Shown here: positions 48,704 to 62,300 of the stretch, piece after piece | How positions within the stretch are numbered: position 1 is the stretch's first letter | Layout: each line of letters opens with the position of its first letter | DNA from: Magallana gigas | Lineage: Eukaryota | Length of the DNA stretch: 64,000 nt | NCBI RefSeq assembly: GCF_963853765.1 | Contig: NC_088857.1 | Span: forward strand, 41,044,001 to 41,108,000 | Reading direction: 5' to 3' | The notes under the pieces: generated by a model | The model's database searches: none | Seen by the model: only the letters and a program-made list of their open reading frames with translations | What the model was told of the DNA's origin: nothing | Program-made: the position numbers and the translations under genes

Positions 48704-51280
48704 ATGAAACGTGCATATTCAGATCGAGAAGGTGGTCAGTCGGCAGGTAGAAGGCGACATAGTGACGAAAATGAACCCTTACCACAGTTGCATACCATAT
48801 TTTATGGCGAGGTAAAGACTCCAAATTCCTACACCGACAGCCATCTTGATATGAATTTTACTATACATTAGGCATAATACTTATTGATCAACAATAATAG
48901 AGTATTCTATTGACAGGTTGCATCTGTTCAACAGTATGGGGTTTTTGTGAAAATTCCAGGATACAGAAAACAGGGTATGTAAAGGGTGTTCTTATCAGGC
49001 CAATTGCCCAAATAGGGTATAGCTTTTACAGAATGACTCTCCAAATGTCTATAATTTGGTGTCTGATCAACAGAATTTTATTGACAGGTTACTGTTGAAG
49101 AAGTTTGTTTTCTGCTGTTTGTTCTAAACAGAATAGCGTCATTGTTACAGGTTATATTAAACATGTTATAAAATAGTTGCTCTTTTTAGGCTTGGTGCAT
49201 AAATCCCAGATGTCAAAAAGCCGAGTTGAAGATCCCTCAGAAATGCTGGCCACTGGTGAAAAAGTCTATTGCAAAGTTATATCAGTGGAGGTATGACAGC
49301 AGAATTAATGATAATTAAATAATGGTTATTATTGCCTTTTGTTATTTTTGCTTGGTTGTAAATGACATCACTATTAATTCTTACATTCACCCTAACAGCT
49401 TATTTTAAGAGCAGACTGAACTTGTTCTATTAATTAGCCATTGGCTGAATAATAAAGTACTTCTTTCAGTACTAACTACTTTCAGCACTAAATACTTGTT
49501 CATTGATTAACATAGAAACTTCAATTTGTTTTATCTGTTTGATTTTTCCAACATGATAAAAAAAAAACCCTCAATGAATTGATCTTTCAGAACAACAAAG
49601 TAGGTTTGTCAATGAAGGTAGTAAGTCAAACATCAGGTCGGGATGAAGACTCTGCAAATGTACAGTCATCGTAAGTAATGATAAACATGCAAAAATTAAC
49701 ATTAACATATGGATTAAACTTATGATTATAATCTGAGTCAGTAAAGAGAAGGCTATTAGAAGTAGAGAACATCTGTAATCAATGACTCATTATTATAATA
49801 GTCAAAATGTTCTTTTATAAAACTTGAAGCTTTTTTATACATTAATATTGTTTAAATACAATGTTATTCAAGATATTGTATTCATTATATTATTTAGGAT
49901 GTTATTTTAGAATGGACTTGCAGAAGAACAGAAAGTTTCACAAAGGAGAGAGACCAAAGATTGAGTTAGGGGCAGTTCTAGACACCAACTGCAAAAAGTG
50001 TGGGGGTCATGGTAATTCTCAAATTCCTGTACAATATAGTTCTAACAAAAGACCATGTAAAATAAAATGTTGTGTTTTCGTAAACATTTTTATTTAGTAT
50101 AAAACTTAAGTGACATCTAACAGGCTTGATTATGGTCATGTATCTTCGTAAATAAAGTTCTGATAATGTGCAGGTAGTATTTATACACAATCTTATACTT
50201 TTAGTATTACTGTAATTTAAAGCCTAATCCTAATTTAAGAGATACTGTTCATAGAAACAAAGGAAGGAGACTACATGTATCTACTCGTGTCATGATTTTC
50301 ATTTATAGGTCATTTAGCCCAGGACTGTTTCCATGTGGCTGGAGGAAAGGGGTATGACTTGATAGAGGAAGAGGATGAAGCATTTGAATCACATGAAAAA
50401 ACACCAAAACAAAAATCCTCCAAATCCAAGAAAAAGGTAGAATGTGATTGAGCTTGACTGTTAACTTGAACAGACTTGTTTGGTGCTTAAAAAGTTGGGG
50501 CAGTCAGTAATCAGTTTTGTTTGCAATCAACATTTAATCGCTCTTCTCTACTTAACATCTCATCAAATCAGAACCAACTATGACCTTTGAGACACAAAAC
50601 AATACCGATAACTGGAAGAATCAGTGTTGCTTGTAACATTGCTTTTGAATGTGATGTTATTAAATGACCCTTCCATTATTACACATCTGCGGTAAAAGGT
50701 TCTTACATATGTCATTATTTGTTTATGCAAGTAAATATAATACAACATGTATATAACATTTCTAAATCATTTTTATTTTTATATGAAAAAATAAAAAACA
50801 GAAAAACAAAAAAGAAAAGAAATCAAAGAAAGCGAAGAAGAGGCATCACGGGAGTTCCGAGTCAGATGAGGACAGTCCCCGACACAAGGTGGGTCCGTCA
50901 CTATCATGACATGAGGTAGAAAGACATACAAGTCAAAATTTTAGGGAGAATGCTGCTTCACCTCAATAAAAAACAATTTTGCAGCATAAGTTCAGCTATT
51001 GTTCTTTTTAATTAAATGATTGGTTAATCTATGATGTTGTTAACCAAATACCGCTATCTCTTGTGGTTAAAGGTGATTTTTTCAGTGTATGATATGTGAA
51101 TACTTGTGTAAAGTGGTTCATTTTCTGATAATAAACCATATATTTATTATGATAATTATGTTCTATTTATAATAAATACAAACTTAAACTGATATTCATA
51201 TATTTTTGTGGGTATTGTAGAAACTTAAAAAGCACAAACAGAGGAGTAGGAAGTCCTCCAGTAGTGACAGCGATGGATAA
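48704..51280 (+). CDS. ZCCHC17: Nucleolar S1-domain and CCHC zinc knuckle protein (pNO40), 8 exons, about 240 aa
   Basis: Exons 48704-48811, 48917-48974, 49190-49290, 49591-49670, 49911-50011, 50309-50436, 50802-50888, 51221-51280; total 723 nt. S1 domain (LPQLHTIFYGEVASVQQYGVFVKIPGYRKQGLVHKSQMS), CKKCGGHGHLAQDC knuckle and Lys/Ser-rich tail. AATAAA at 51312. Confidence 0.93.
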
Positions 51281-51399
51281 TGCTCTGTAACAATGATAAG
51301 AGTTCATATTCAATAAATACTATCCCAAAAATTGGATTGTTTTATGTCTGATAAAGGGGAATTGGGTATAGAATACAAGATACTGCAAATATCTGATGT

Positions 51400-51790
51400 G
51401 TTGTCCAAACTATATATCAAGACACTATTAGCTAACAGACTTCAAACTTGGCACATAGGCACCCCCTAATGAGTAATTGACCCCTAGTGAATTTAAGGTC
51501 AAAGGTCAAGAGTTGAACACCCCTAAATATAAACCAGAGGGTACTGGTTAGTGTTCTTTCAACATCTCAAGAACTATTTGACAGACGGCAAATCTGGTAC
51601 AAAGGTAACCTTAATGGGTTAAATAGTACTTGTATCTTTGATTTTCAGATCACAAGACAAAGGACGAAACTAATTTGAACCTACATAGATGTTGCTGACT
51701 AAACATCTTGAAAACATTGGCTTGAAATACTTTCAACTTGATACACATACACTCCAATGAATTAGAAGATGCATTACGGTTTTAAAGATA
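51400..51790 (+). repeat. Highly decayed Helentron-satellite-like sequence
   Basis: Motifs TTCAAACTTGGCACA and AAGGTCAAAGGTCAAG typical of these monomers; no clean period or termini. Confidence 0.3.
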
Positions 51791-52913
51791 AAGTGGTATT
51801 CTTAAACCTGACATGAAGTCATAAATGTGCATTTTTCCCCTTTCATCTCCGACTACTGCCTTATTAGTTGTCAATTTCTATTGTTTTCTCATCGCTACAC
51901 ACCCCCTATACATGTATAAGACCTAGAACACTATTCATGCTTCATCCTATTATTTCATTCACCTGAATGTGTTACATTGGACACAAAGATTTGTAGAAAC
52001 ATGGTTTTAAAGAAAATATGTCGACCACTGCAATGGTTAGGAACATTCAATGAACAACCAGCAAAACAGATTGAAATCCAGGTACACATATTTTCAAAAA
52101 TCAAAAAAGTCTCCTACTGTTGTAATACAGCACATGTGCAGTGAAGTGTTATGCAATCAATCTGTATGAATGATGCATGTATTTGATGTGCACATGAAGT
52201 AAGGCAGCACTATCTATGCATAATGATTCGGCTAGTTTTACCGTGGCAAGTCATGCTTCCATTTTCTTTTGACTATGTTTTTAATTTTAATTTTTTTTAA
52301 GTTTTGAAACTTATTATTAAGAAGTATAGTTCATGCATTTAGAAGTCTGTGCATCCTAAATGCCTGGATCAGAAAGCAACATACCATAACATTATCAACC
52401 GGTATATAATATACCCCAGTGGCAGCTGAGGAGCAATCATAACTACCGTAATATAGCTACCAAGTACTTTTTTGAATTCATGTCAGCTTTAAAAAAGTAG
52501 AGGACCTGTACCAATTTTGAGGTCACAAAGGTCAAAACTCAATCAACATTAAGCATATAAATATCTTGTCTGCAATATCTTAAAACACTTTGCTCATCCA
52601 TTCAGTGTCTTGTTTAAAATGACGATTGTTTTCAATATTTACACAAGGAGGTTTATAGGTTTCTAAAATAAACATTTGATTAACTCATTTACTCAACATG
52701 AACACCTATTTCTCCTCCTCAACCAAACTACAAAGAAACATATTAGCTAAACACTAAAAAATTGCATAAAAAACATTACTACAACAATTTTATTTTCTGA
52801 AAATGACATTCAAAAATAAAAAAAAACAAAATGACAGAAAAGAATTTGAAAATAACAAAATATAGAGACAATAATTTCAATGCAAGATGTAATGATATTA
52901 GTTCTCATAAAAC

Positions 52914-55745
52914 TCAGTCAATCTCATATTTGCGGGCATTTCCACAAGGGAAGCAACTCCGGACATTAGCCAATGAGCCTCCGGCTATGTAGTATGCTAG
53001 GACTCCCATGATGACTGTCATGACATAAGCAGGGAGAATACTAGCCAGGTACAAGGGGCTGTCCCGCGAGGAGGTTTTCTGGTTCAAAAGGGTCTGCAAA
53101 AGAGAAAGTTCACTTGTTACTATATATTGTAGCATTCCAAAAGTCATTATATTACTGTTACTTCAGGAAGACATGACAAAAGTTACAAACTACAGAAAGA
53201 AATGACAGATTATTTGGGTTTAATAAGTTTGACAATGGATCAAACTTTTAAAATATTCTAAATACATTTCTATTACATTATTTTGTAATAAGAACTGATG
53301 AACGGTTCTTAACTTATCAATTGTCAAATTATCAAATTTCTCATTAATCTACAACTATTCTTCTGAGGAAAATGGGAAAATACTTAACGATGTGAATATA
53401 CATGTATATTGATAATGCCTCTTCATATTATTTTGATCCTAACTTACCAGACATGACAGAAGCATATGGGATCCAACCACAAGGGCCACCATGTAGTATT
53501 GTTTCTTGTCCAGCCCATTAAAGAAAATAACTCCCCAGAATGTGTGTAAAAGTATGAAACTTAATGTCAAAAAAGCTGAAAAAAAACAAGACTGGTATAT
53601 GTTGCAGTTAAAATAAGTAAGTTCCACTATGATGGTAATTGGCTGCATAATGACGAAATGATTTAAATGTTGAAATTCAGGACAATATAAAACTTGAAAC
53701 ATGTTACATTTTGATTACCTGTAGCAACAAAGAAGTACTTTGAGTCCCCATATATACCAATGGTTCCAGGACCAACCATATCAGCTAAAACGTTGACAGT
53801 GGAGAAAGCTCCAGACAAGATCCCAAATCCAAGACCAGAGACTGAAACATAAATGTGGTAACCGTAATTAAAAAACCAATATGTCAGCCATCTGTAAGCC
53901 AATGGTTTTTGACCTTATTACAGTCCCATAAAACACAAGTTTATAACTTAAATGTAAACTCTAAAATTCTTTAATAAATTACTGCAACTTATTTGACAAT
54001 TATTAGTACAAATTGCAACTTATTTGACCAATAAAAGTACATGTATCAGAATATCATATGTCTTTCAATGTTCTAATACTTTTTGTACTATAAAATACAA
54101 GATTTCCATGGAAATCTTAATGACAATGAAATTTTGCAAACAATTCTAACTGAATTAGTTTTTGAAAAATTATAGGTTTCTTCCTTTTGAACATTAAATC
54201 ATATGAAGAAATACTCGGTAAACACAAAACCAATATGATCTACACTGAGGAAAGTTGATCTAGCTAAACATTTGTTAGATGAATTTTTATTTGACCTTCA
54301 TTATCAACATGTTTTATTAACATGATAATTGTCTGTACTTATATAATGCCTAAATCATGATTAATCTGGAATAATGCTTCATTACCATAAGCCATAATAT
54401 GTTTATTTGTGATATCTCTGGGAGTCATGTGCATTTCTTGCCCTGTTTGGCTAACTTTCTGCAAGCCATCATCTGCCTTTCTGCAAAACAAAGAATCAAT
54501 TTGTTATATGTGTATATTACATATTATTCTACTACAGTTATTGCCGAGATCAAAGAGATGCCGCGGCCATTATTCTCCAATATACCACGAACGTCATCAG
54601 TAAATTATCAGATCAGAAATACCTATTTGTCTCGCACTGATCATGGAAGTACAACTTTAAACCGTAAAAAGTTTTATAACCATGTCAATTTCACGTGTTA
54701 GTTCCAGTCAAAGCAATGTGTATTGCCTCAAATCTTTATTTCTAAGAGATCAATACGGCTGTTCCTAGGACCTCCCTAGCACATTTTCACTGCGTGTTTT
54801 TACATAAAATATATAACGTGTACTAGTAATAAACGTATTAAATTGCCCTTAAAATATTAGGAATGTGATTCAAAGATATTTTATAAATAAGTGAAGAGTA
54901 TTAAAAAGTCTGTCTTCTGCATGTGATTCCTTTCATCGATACACATGTAAACATTACTAACAAAACCATTGGGGTTACACGGAACAGCCATCAAAATGAC
55001 CTAGATCTTCTCTCTATAGGAGAAACGATCTGTAGAAATACTGGGCTGTTAGTAGAATAGAAAAAAAGTTATTGTTTTCGTGAATGTTCCAGGATTACCT
55101 CCTCAGTCTCGAAATGTTGTTTGAAATATAAAAACCTCGGCTAACGCCTTGGCTTTTATATTTTAAAACAACATTTCTCGACATCGGAGGTTATTCTGCA
55201 ACATTCACGAAAACTCATACTTTATTTCTTAAATATATGTCAAAAAAACGGTGTAATTGCAGAGTACATTTCTAGCATAAAATAATAAATATATAGCAAC
55301 ATGCCAAAGTATTACCTTAAAAGTTTGTAGAATAGAAATCTAAATGCTTCTTGAAACAGAACTGAGAAAACCAGACCAAAAACCAACTGCTCTCTGAGTG
55401 GAACTACAGCATACCACAATATTGAGGATACCAAAAGTGATAGCAACCAAAAAAATCCACTGAAAAGAGAAAGTTTTAAGTCAATAAACATGATAAACAA
55501 ACAAACATGTTTAACACTGTTCAAATATCTTTAAAAGAAATCTTTGAATATGACCATATGAAAATAACTTTGCACATTAGGGCTACCATTCATATGAAAT
55601 AAATATAGAAACAAACGGTATAATAAAAACACCTTGCAATAAGCACTATGATTCGAAGAGGATCTCTTGCAATTGTGAAAACAAACAAAGCAAAGGGAGG
55701 TCCAAACGCTATAAAAGTACAGCCGAAAAATTCCATCACAGTCAT
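52914..55745 (-). CDS. APH1: Gamma-secretase subunit APH-1, 6 exons, about 260 aa
   Basis: Exons (transcript order) 55633-55745, 55316-55459, 54386-54480, 53719-53841, 53448-53575, 52914-53093; total 783 nt. MTVMEFFGCTFIAFGPPF, QEAFRFLFYKLLRKADDGL, GxxxG motif AYVSGLGFGILSG, conserved His in LLHTFWGVIFF and HMLLS. Confidence 0.96.
55060..55236. mobile_element. Palindromic (Crypton-like) non-autonomous element in APH1 intron 2
   Basis: Arms of about 61 bp (55074-55134 / 55154-55214) around CCTCGGCTAACGCCTTGG; terminal TTTATTTCTTAAATA. Family assignment is from recalled motif similarity. Confidence 0.6.
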
Positions 55746-56404
55746 GTTGGTATATTTAAGAAAAGGAAATGGACGAATCCGAACAAATAACAGTTATGAA
55801 TGTTATTAATAAGGAATTTAAAAGGATAATCAAGATCAGTCAACTTTCAGGGTGCAACTTTCACTTCCTCAATTGTCTTAATCACGAAAGTGTTTTAAAG
55901 AATAGTAACTTGTACAATACATGCTAACCCCCATGTTTTCTTTTTTTCACCATAAAACATTGTAGAAAGTGTTTAATACGATATATTATAATAATGATTT
56001 ATTCTGTTTAAGGTAGAAATAAAATTTATCATTATAGAAATGCATTTCTTAATTTTACCTCTGAAATAAAGATTTGTCGAAATATATGATGAATGAATTA
56101 GCCAAATAGTAATTTGATCCTGATCAATATCAACAGGAGTGGGAGACAGATAGTAAACAAACTTTATTAAAAGTTTGAATGCAGCGGACTCGATAACAAA
56201 TATGTCATTATATGGTAAGATCAAGTTCGCCACTTGAATATTTTTAAAAAAAATTATGTAGCTGGTGATATACCCATGTTACATAAACTAATGATGCTCT
56301 GGTCAAGCTCATCATGTTGACGATGAGGAGGTTGAATCACGTAATGTTTTAAGATATTCAGTCGATAGGGTTATATTATATTTTCAAAGCAATATATTCC
56401 TGCC

Positions 56405-59276
56405 ATGGCGCTTGGTAAAATGGAGATTTTTTTTTGGATTTAGATTGAAATAAATTAGATGTAAAGTTTGGCAGAATAAGTACAAGTAAAACTAAAAAGT
56501 ATTTAAAAAGGCATAATACCGTTATCTGCACCGCGGTGCAGATAATTTATGACGTTATTTGACGTTGTTGACGTTGAGTGTAAGTTGCTTACAAAGTATA
56601 TAAATCTCTTCTTTGAGAAAAAAATAATATCGTTCAATTTACCGGAGGTACATGTAGAGACGTATGCTTAAGATTTAATGTGGTTCCGTGTATGACAATA
56701 TTTCAGATTCTGTGTTGTGACCAAATGAAACATCTTCGCTAGCCAAGGGTTTCTGACCCTTCGCTAGCGAATATGCGAATAAAAGTAAATAGTATAATTG
56801 CAGCTTATTCCGTTTGTGCTGATTTTTATTTTTGTGTTATTACAGAAAGAAGAAAAACCCGGTTATTTAAGTAAAATAGCAGCTTATTCCGTGAAGGGAT
56901 GAAAGGCCATTTACATGACACCGAGCTCTGCTTATTACGTGTATGGTTATAAGGTTGTTTATTAACGGAATAAACTGCTTTTTACTTAAAACAGAAGCTT
57001 ATATCGTACAATTATGCTTGTTCAAGTTTTCGTGTTATCACGGAATAAACGGCTTTTCACTATCCATATTTTCTTTTAATTCCCTGAAATGTCAAACAAA
57101 CTAAATCCAAATGATAACGATTAAATATTTTGAAATGTGCATATATGCTATGGACACTATGGGCATATTCATTAATGCCTGCTGTCCCATCCGTTTACGT
57201 GAGGCATAATAAATATCATTTAGATTAATATTTATTATTATGTACATGTAAATTTAATTTACTTTTGATTTCAACAATTTATTTTATTCCTTCACAAATC
57301 GAAACGAAATAAACCGAACACAATCTGAACGTGTTTTGTAAAGAAAAAAACCCGGCTTACTCAGTTTTCAAAATTCTTCTTTTTCTGATGTCTCTTATTT
57401 CACCTATAGAATGTCCCCCCCAAAAGATTCTAAACCCCATTTTCTCATGTTTGTCCCCCAAAGAAAACCCTTTTCCCGGGAATACTTCCCTTTTGGAGGC
57501 ATATTTAGTATGATAAATTGAATGACGTCTCTCTATATATACTCCTGTTATCTGCACCGCGGTGCAGATTAGTTTGAGCCTTTTTTCAAATGTCTCTTAT
57601 TTCACCTATAGAATGTTCCCCAAAAAGATTCTAAACCCCATTTTCTGATGTTTGTCCCCCAAAGAAAACCCTTCTCCCGGGAATACTTCCCTTTTGGAGG
57701 CATATTTATCATGATAAATTGAGTGTCGTCTCTCTATATATACTCCTGTTATCTGCACCGCGGTGCAGATTAGTTTGAGCCTTTTTCAAATGTCTCTTAT
57801 TTTACCTATAGAATGTTCCCCAAAAGATTCTAAACCCCATTTTCTCATGTTTGCCCCCCAAAGAAAACCCTTTTCCCGGGAATACTTCCTTTCAGAGGCG
57901 CATTTATCATGATAAATTATGTGCCGTCTCTCTATATATACTCCTGTTATCTGCACCGCGGTGCGGAGTAGTTTGAGTCTTTTTCTGATGTCTCTTATTT
58001 CACCTATAGAATGTTCCCCAAAAAGATTCTAAACTCCATTTTCTCATGTTTGCCCCCCAAAGAAAACCCTTTTCCCAGGAATACTTCCCTTAGCTTTTGG
58101 AGGCATATTTAGTATGATAAATTGAATGTCGTCTCTCTATATATACTGCTGTTATCTGCACCGCGGTGCAGATTAGTTTGAGCCTTTTTCAAATGTCTCT
58201 TATTTCACCTATAGAATGTTCCCCCAAAAGATTCTAAACCCCATTTTCTGATGTTTGTCCCCCAAAGAAAACCCCTTTCCCAGGAATACTTTTTTTTTGG
58301 AGGCATATTTAATATGATAAATTGAATGTCGTCTCTCTATATATACTCCTGTTATCTGCACCGCGGTGCAGATTAGTATAGATATTTTTACAATTCTATA
58401 ACAATGATATTATTTCTTATTGTTTCATAGTTGTGTTAAATAATACATTTATTATAATAATGTATAAAATTTGTTGATGTAAATATATCCGAATATATTA
58501 ATATATCACAAAGTGGTTAGATCCGTCCCGTGAATTCATTTTTTTTTCCCATAATGCTCTAAGAATAAAATCAACAGGAAGTCGATGAAAAGAGGCAAAT
58601 ACCTCATATATATCTTATTCGACATCTTTATCGATAGTTGACGTTACGTCAAATAACGTCAAAAATTATCTGCACCGCGGTGCAGATAACGGTATTATGC
58701 CCTTAAAAACAAAGTACTTTAAAACCAAGTCATGTGTAAAAGTGAAAGATTTACCCCCAAAGTTTTTGCCACAAGCACTGGATTTTCAAAAAAACATTTT
58801 CGCTGTCTTAAATGGAAAAGTGTTACTGCAAATATCTCGCACATCTACCTCTATATTCTTTGTTATGTGTAAACAGCATTCCACTACTGTATTGTATGTA
58901 AACATGGCTGGCCGACTGAAAAAGCTGCAATGCAATATTTTTATTAGAATGTATATTTGTTCGCCTTACAATGCATTCACCCTTGACATCGTTCACCCTA
59001 GTTTTTGCTCGCGCTAGGTCCATTCGCCCTTGTTTTTTCCGCCCAAGGTCCGTTCGCCCTAGTTTAATACAAGAAAATAAATGTAGTCATAAATTTTGAT
59101 ATTTGTGTTATTATATACTTCCTCATTAGTTTTAATACAATGATCATTTTATTAATTTAAAGATCATGAAGATGTATATAAATACATAAAACAACACTAC
59201 TATAGCAGTTATACATAATGATAACCAGTTTACTGACCTGATAATGATATGATGGATCATTGTTTCATGTTCCATC

Positions 59277-59311
<35 letters not shown>

Positions 59312-62300
59312 TTTAGAGAAACAAACTACTTCAGAGCCAACGAACCTAAGGCAAACGGATTCGAGCAAACAGGTAGGTAGGGCGAACGAACCGGATACCT
59401 TCCCATTATGGTCATTGCACCCCGATTATGTGGTGTTAATCATTTATCATTTCCCCATCTCTACCAAGGTGATTTATATCGAAGGACGAAAATTCTTCAG
59501 CATATTTTATTCAGCACTCTGTAATTTGTCTGATTTTTTGTGAATTATTTTTAGATTTCCATAAGATATCTCAAGAGGATCCTATTAGCAGAGAGAATCT
59601 AAAATTGTCAGAAGAGGAGAAGCATGCTGCCACTCTTGGTCTTCTTCATGCCCACTGCACAGCTTGTGTCAATAGATACTGTAACATAACTCCGGATGGA
59701 CTCAGTAGTTGTTCATTAATAGACTGTCCATATTCTTGTGGTCAGAGGTTTCACAGATGCAAACTTGATGAGCATGAAAATTTCTGCATGAGAAAAAAAG
59801 TTCCCTGTATCAACTGTATATATGGATGTCCCTTTGAGATATCTAGGGATCAACAGGCTAACCACATTAGCACTTGTCCTGCAAGTGTTGTTAAGTGTAT
59901 GATTGAATGGCACAGATGGCCAATGCATTCGAGTGATTTACGTGTTAAAGCACCTCTGCCGTTGAATAATCCACATGTACAATGTGGACAGCTAGATGTT
60001 GCCTTAGCACTACGAGATCAACGTATGCTGTTAGAAAAAATGGCTTCAGAAAAATCAGAGCCGTCTGTAAAAGCAAAAGAGATGGCTGATGACGTGCCAT
60101 GGAAAACCAGCGAGTTTCCTCCAGGTCTTCAAAAATCTCTATATCATGGAATTTTTTCACCATCACCAAAAGACAATGATTATTGTGCCAAAGATCCAGT
60201 CTGTGATGATAGAAATAATTTTGCAAAAGCACATGCCTCCTCAAAGTTAGGTGATACAGGTGTAGATTACATTTCATCCCAAATGGGGCTTGCAGGTCTT
60301 CGAAGATTAAGCAGTATTGAAAGAGAAAGACAGAAAAAGATGGAAGAATTACTAGCAACCTCTCGTCAACAGCAAGAGGAGGAAAAAGTGATGCAATCCA
60401 CTTCCACTGAAATGAAAGAGGAGAGTTTAGAAGAAGGGGGTAGTGATGAAGACAAATTAGTCAACCTCTACAAGAGAAAAATTCAACTTCATGAACTTTT
60501 AGGTGTGTGCCTTACTATGGAAAGCTATTCTAGTGGATCAAAACTATTCCCATTTCACTGTGGTCAGAGTTTTAGGAGAGATGAGATTGCATGGCATTTC
60601 AAAAATGTTCACAATGAAATACACAGTGGTTTGAATGGAGTTATGGAGCAAAGATGTCCCCTTGCTTATTTGGGCTGTAGTTTTACTCATCGCAAGCTTG
60701 TCCCTCTTATACCAAGAGGAAAGATTATACACAGTTCTCTGTTAGGTAGTTTTGGCCTCACAATTGGAGAGGAAAATGAGCCTGAAATAACTGAATGCAT
60801 TGATGATCTACCAGCCTCAGGGAATAAAGATTCAGACAAGATTCGACGACTTAGAGAAGCCACTCCTGAAATTGTTACGTCTTCCAAATATGACTCTCTT
60901 ATCAAGGTCATTCCAAGGTTCCGACGAGCATCTGGACCAGATGTACCAAGCAGGATGTCTCAAGAGAGAGAAGCATTGAAATTGATCACTCTGCCAGTGG
61001 AAATCTTAGAACATATCATTTGTTATCTGGATGGCTTTAGCTTAAACAATCTATCACTGACTTGTAGGGGGCTAAGAAATATATGTGCCTCTTTGTTGCA
61101 AGAAAAAGGAATGGTTCTGATGGAATGGGAAAAACTTGAACATAGTAACTCTTGGCACGTCAAAGAGAATGTAAGTGTCTTTACATGTCTTAATATTAAA
61201 AGATGAAGCTTGTGTTATGTAAGTTTTTAATTTGGAAATGATCAGTCAATAACTTGATGAAGATAATTGACAATAAATTGTGTTAAAGGGTATACATGTT
61301 ATGTACTGGTCAATATTTGATAAACGATCATGTTATTTTAAATTGGTTCTTTTTTCGGACTTGGACACGATTTGAGCTCAAAATTTAAAATTTTATTTTT
61401 CGATTCATATTGTTTAGAATGGTTATTAGGGGTATATTTAATGCTTTGTCAAAACTTGAAAGTCAAATGTTAAGTTATAAGCAAGATACAGAGTTTAAAA
61501 TTCTTTGTTTTGTAAACAAAGATCGAGCCTTGTAATTGTTAACATATGGGTCATACTGGTATAAGTTTCAATCAAATGTTGCTTTTCTCTGTTGTAATAT
61601 TATTCATGAATACATTAAATCAGTTTATCTTGTTTGCCACAAGTCATTTTGTCAAATAAATGATAATTAATTACTTACCATTATTTGTAAACAAATATAA
61701 GACTCGAGCTTTGTTTACATAACAAAGAATTCTAACCTCTGCATTTCTCTTAAGGCTTGACTTCAAACATCCAAATTTTGGTCAATCATTCAAAATGCAC
61801 AAGTAAACCAGTTTTTACATAAAAAACAAAAAATAAAATTTTGAACTCAAATCATGTCCAAGTCCCTTTAAAATGAAATACAGTAAAATCAGAGGGGTTC
61901 TTCACATATATTTTCCTCTTGCTTTTAATTTGACTTCCCTTTATTTTATAATACATAGGGGTGGTAACAAATTTATCATGATGAGCCCATATTGTGGTAA
62001 ATTTTTGGTGTTTGGGAATAGTGTACACTGGTAAGCAAATGAAAATGAAATGGATCCAGGGTTCTGTTTATCTTAAACTATTTGCACAATGATAATGAAA
62101 TCTTTCTCATGCATAGTGTATGTCTTTATTTTCTAAGCTTTTATGTAGAAATGGTTTTACTTTCCAGATAATAGAGATACTGTGCATTATGTAGTACGTC
62201 CTCTCATGCCCTGAATGATTAACATAACTGGGTTTTTACACTGTAGAAATGGAGTTTTAGTAAGAGTATGACCCCTATCAGAAAATGGAAAATGATTGGA

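Larger units (their letters stand above)
56508..58702. mobile_element. 2.2-kb non-autonomous TIR element (Kolobok-like, TTAA at right end) with an internal 5 x 200-bp tandem array
   Basis: TIR of about 50 bp GGCATAATACCGTTATCTGCACCGCGGTGCAGATAATTT.TGACGTTATTTGACGT at both ends; right flank TTAA at 58703-58706, left flank TTAA plus extra As. The array spans 57389-58377. Located in FBXO intron 1. Confidence 0.88.

Noticed and set aside
57389-58377. Regularly spaced palindromes resembling a CRISPR array
   Set aside because: Intervening sequences are near-identical 180-bp units rather than unique spacers, there are no cas genes, and the context is a eukaryotic intron.
59605-59607. ORF-track start of the F-box protein
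   Set aside because: The codon is TTG within an exon whose frame continues upstream to a splice acceptor; it is not the true start.
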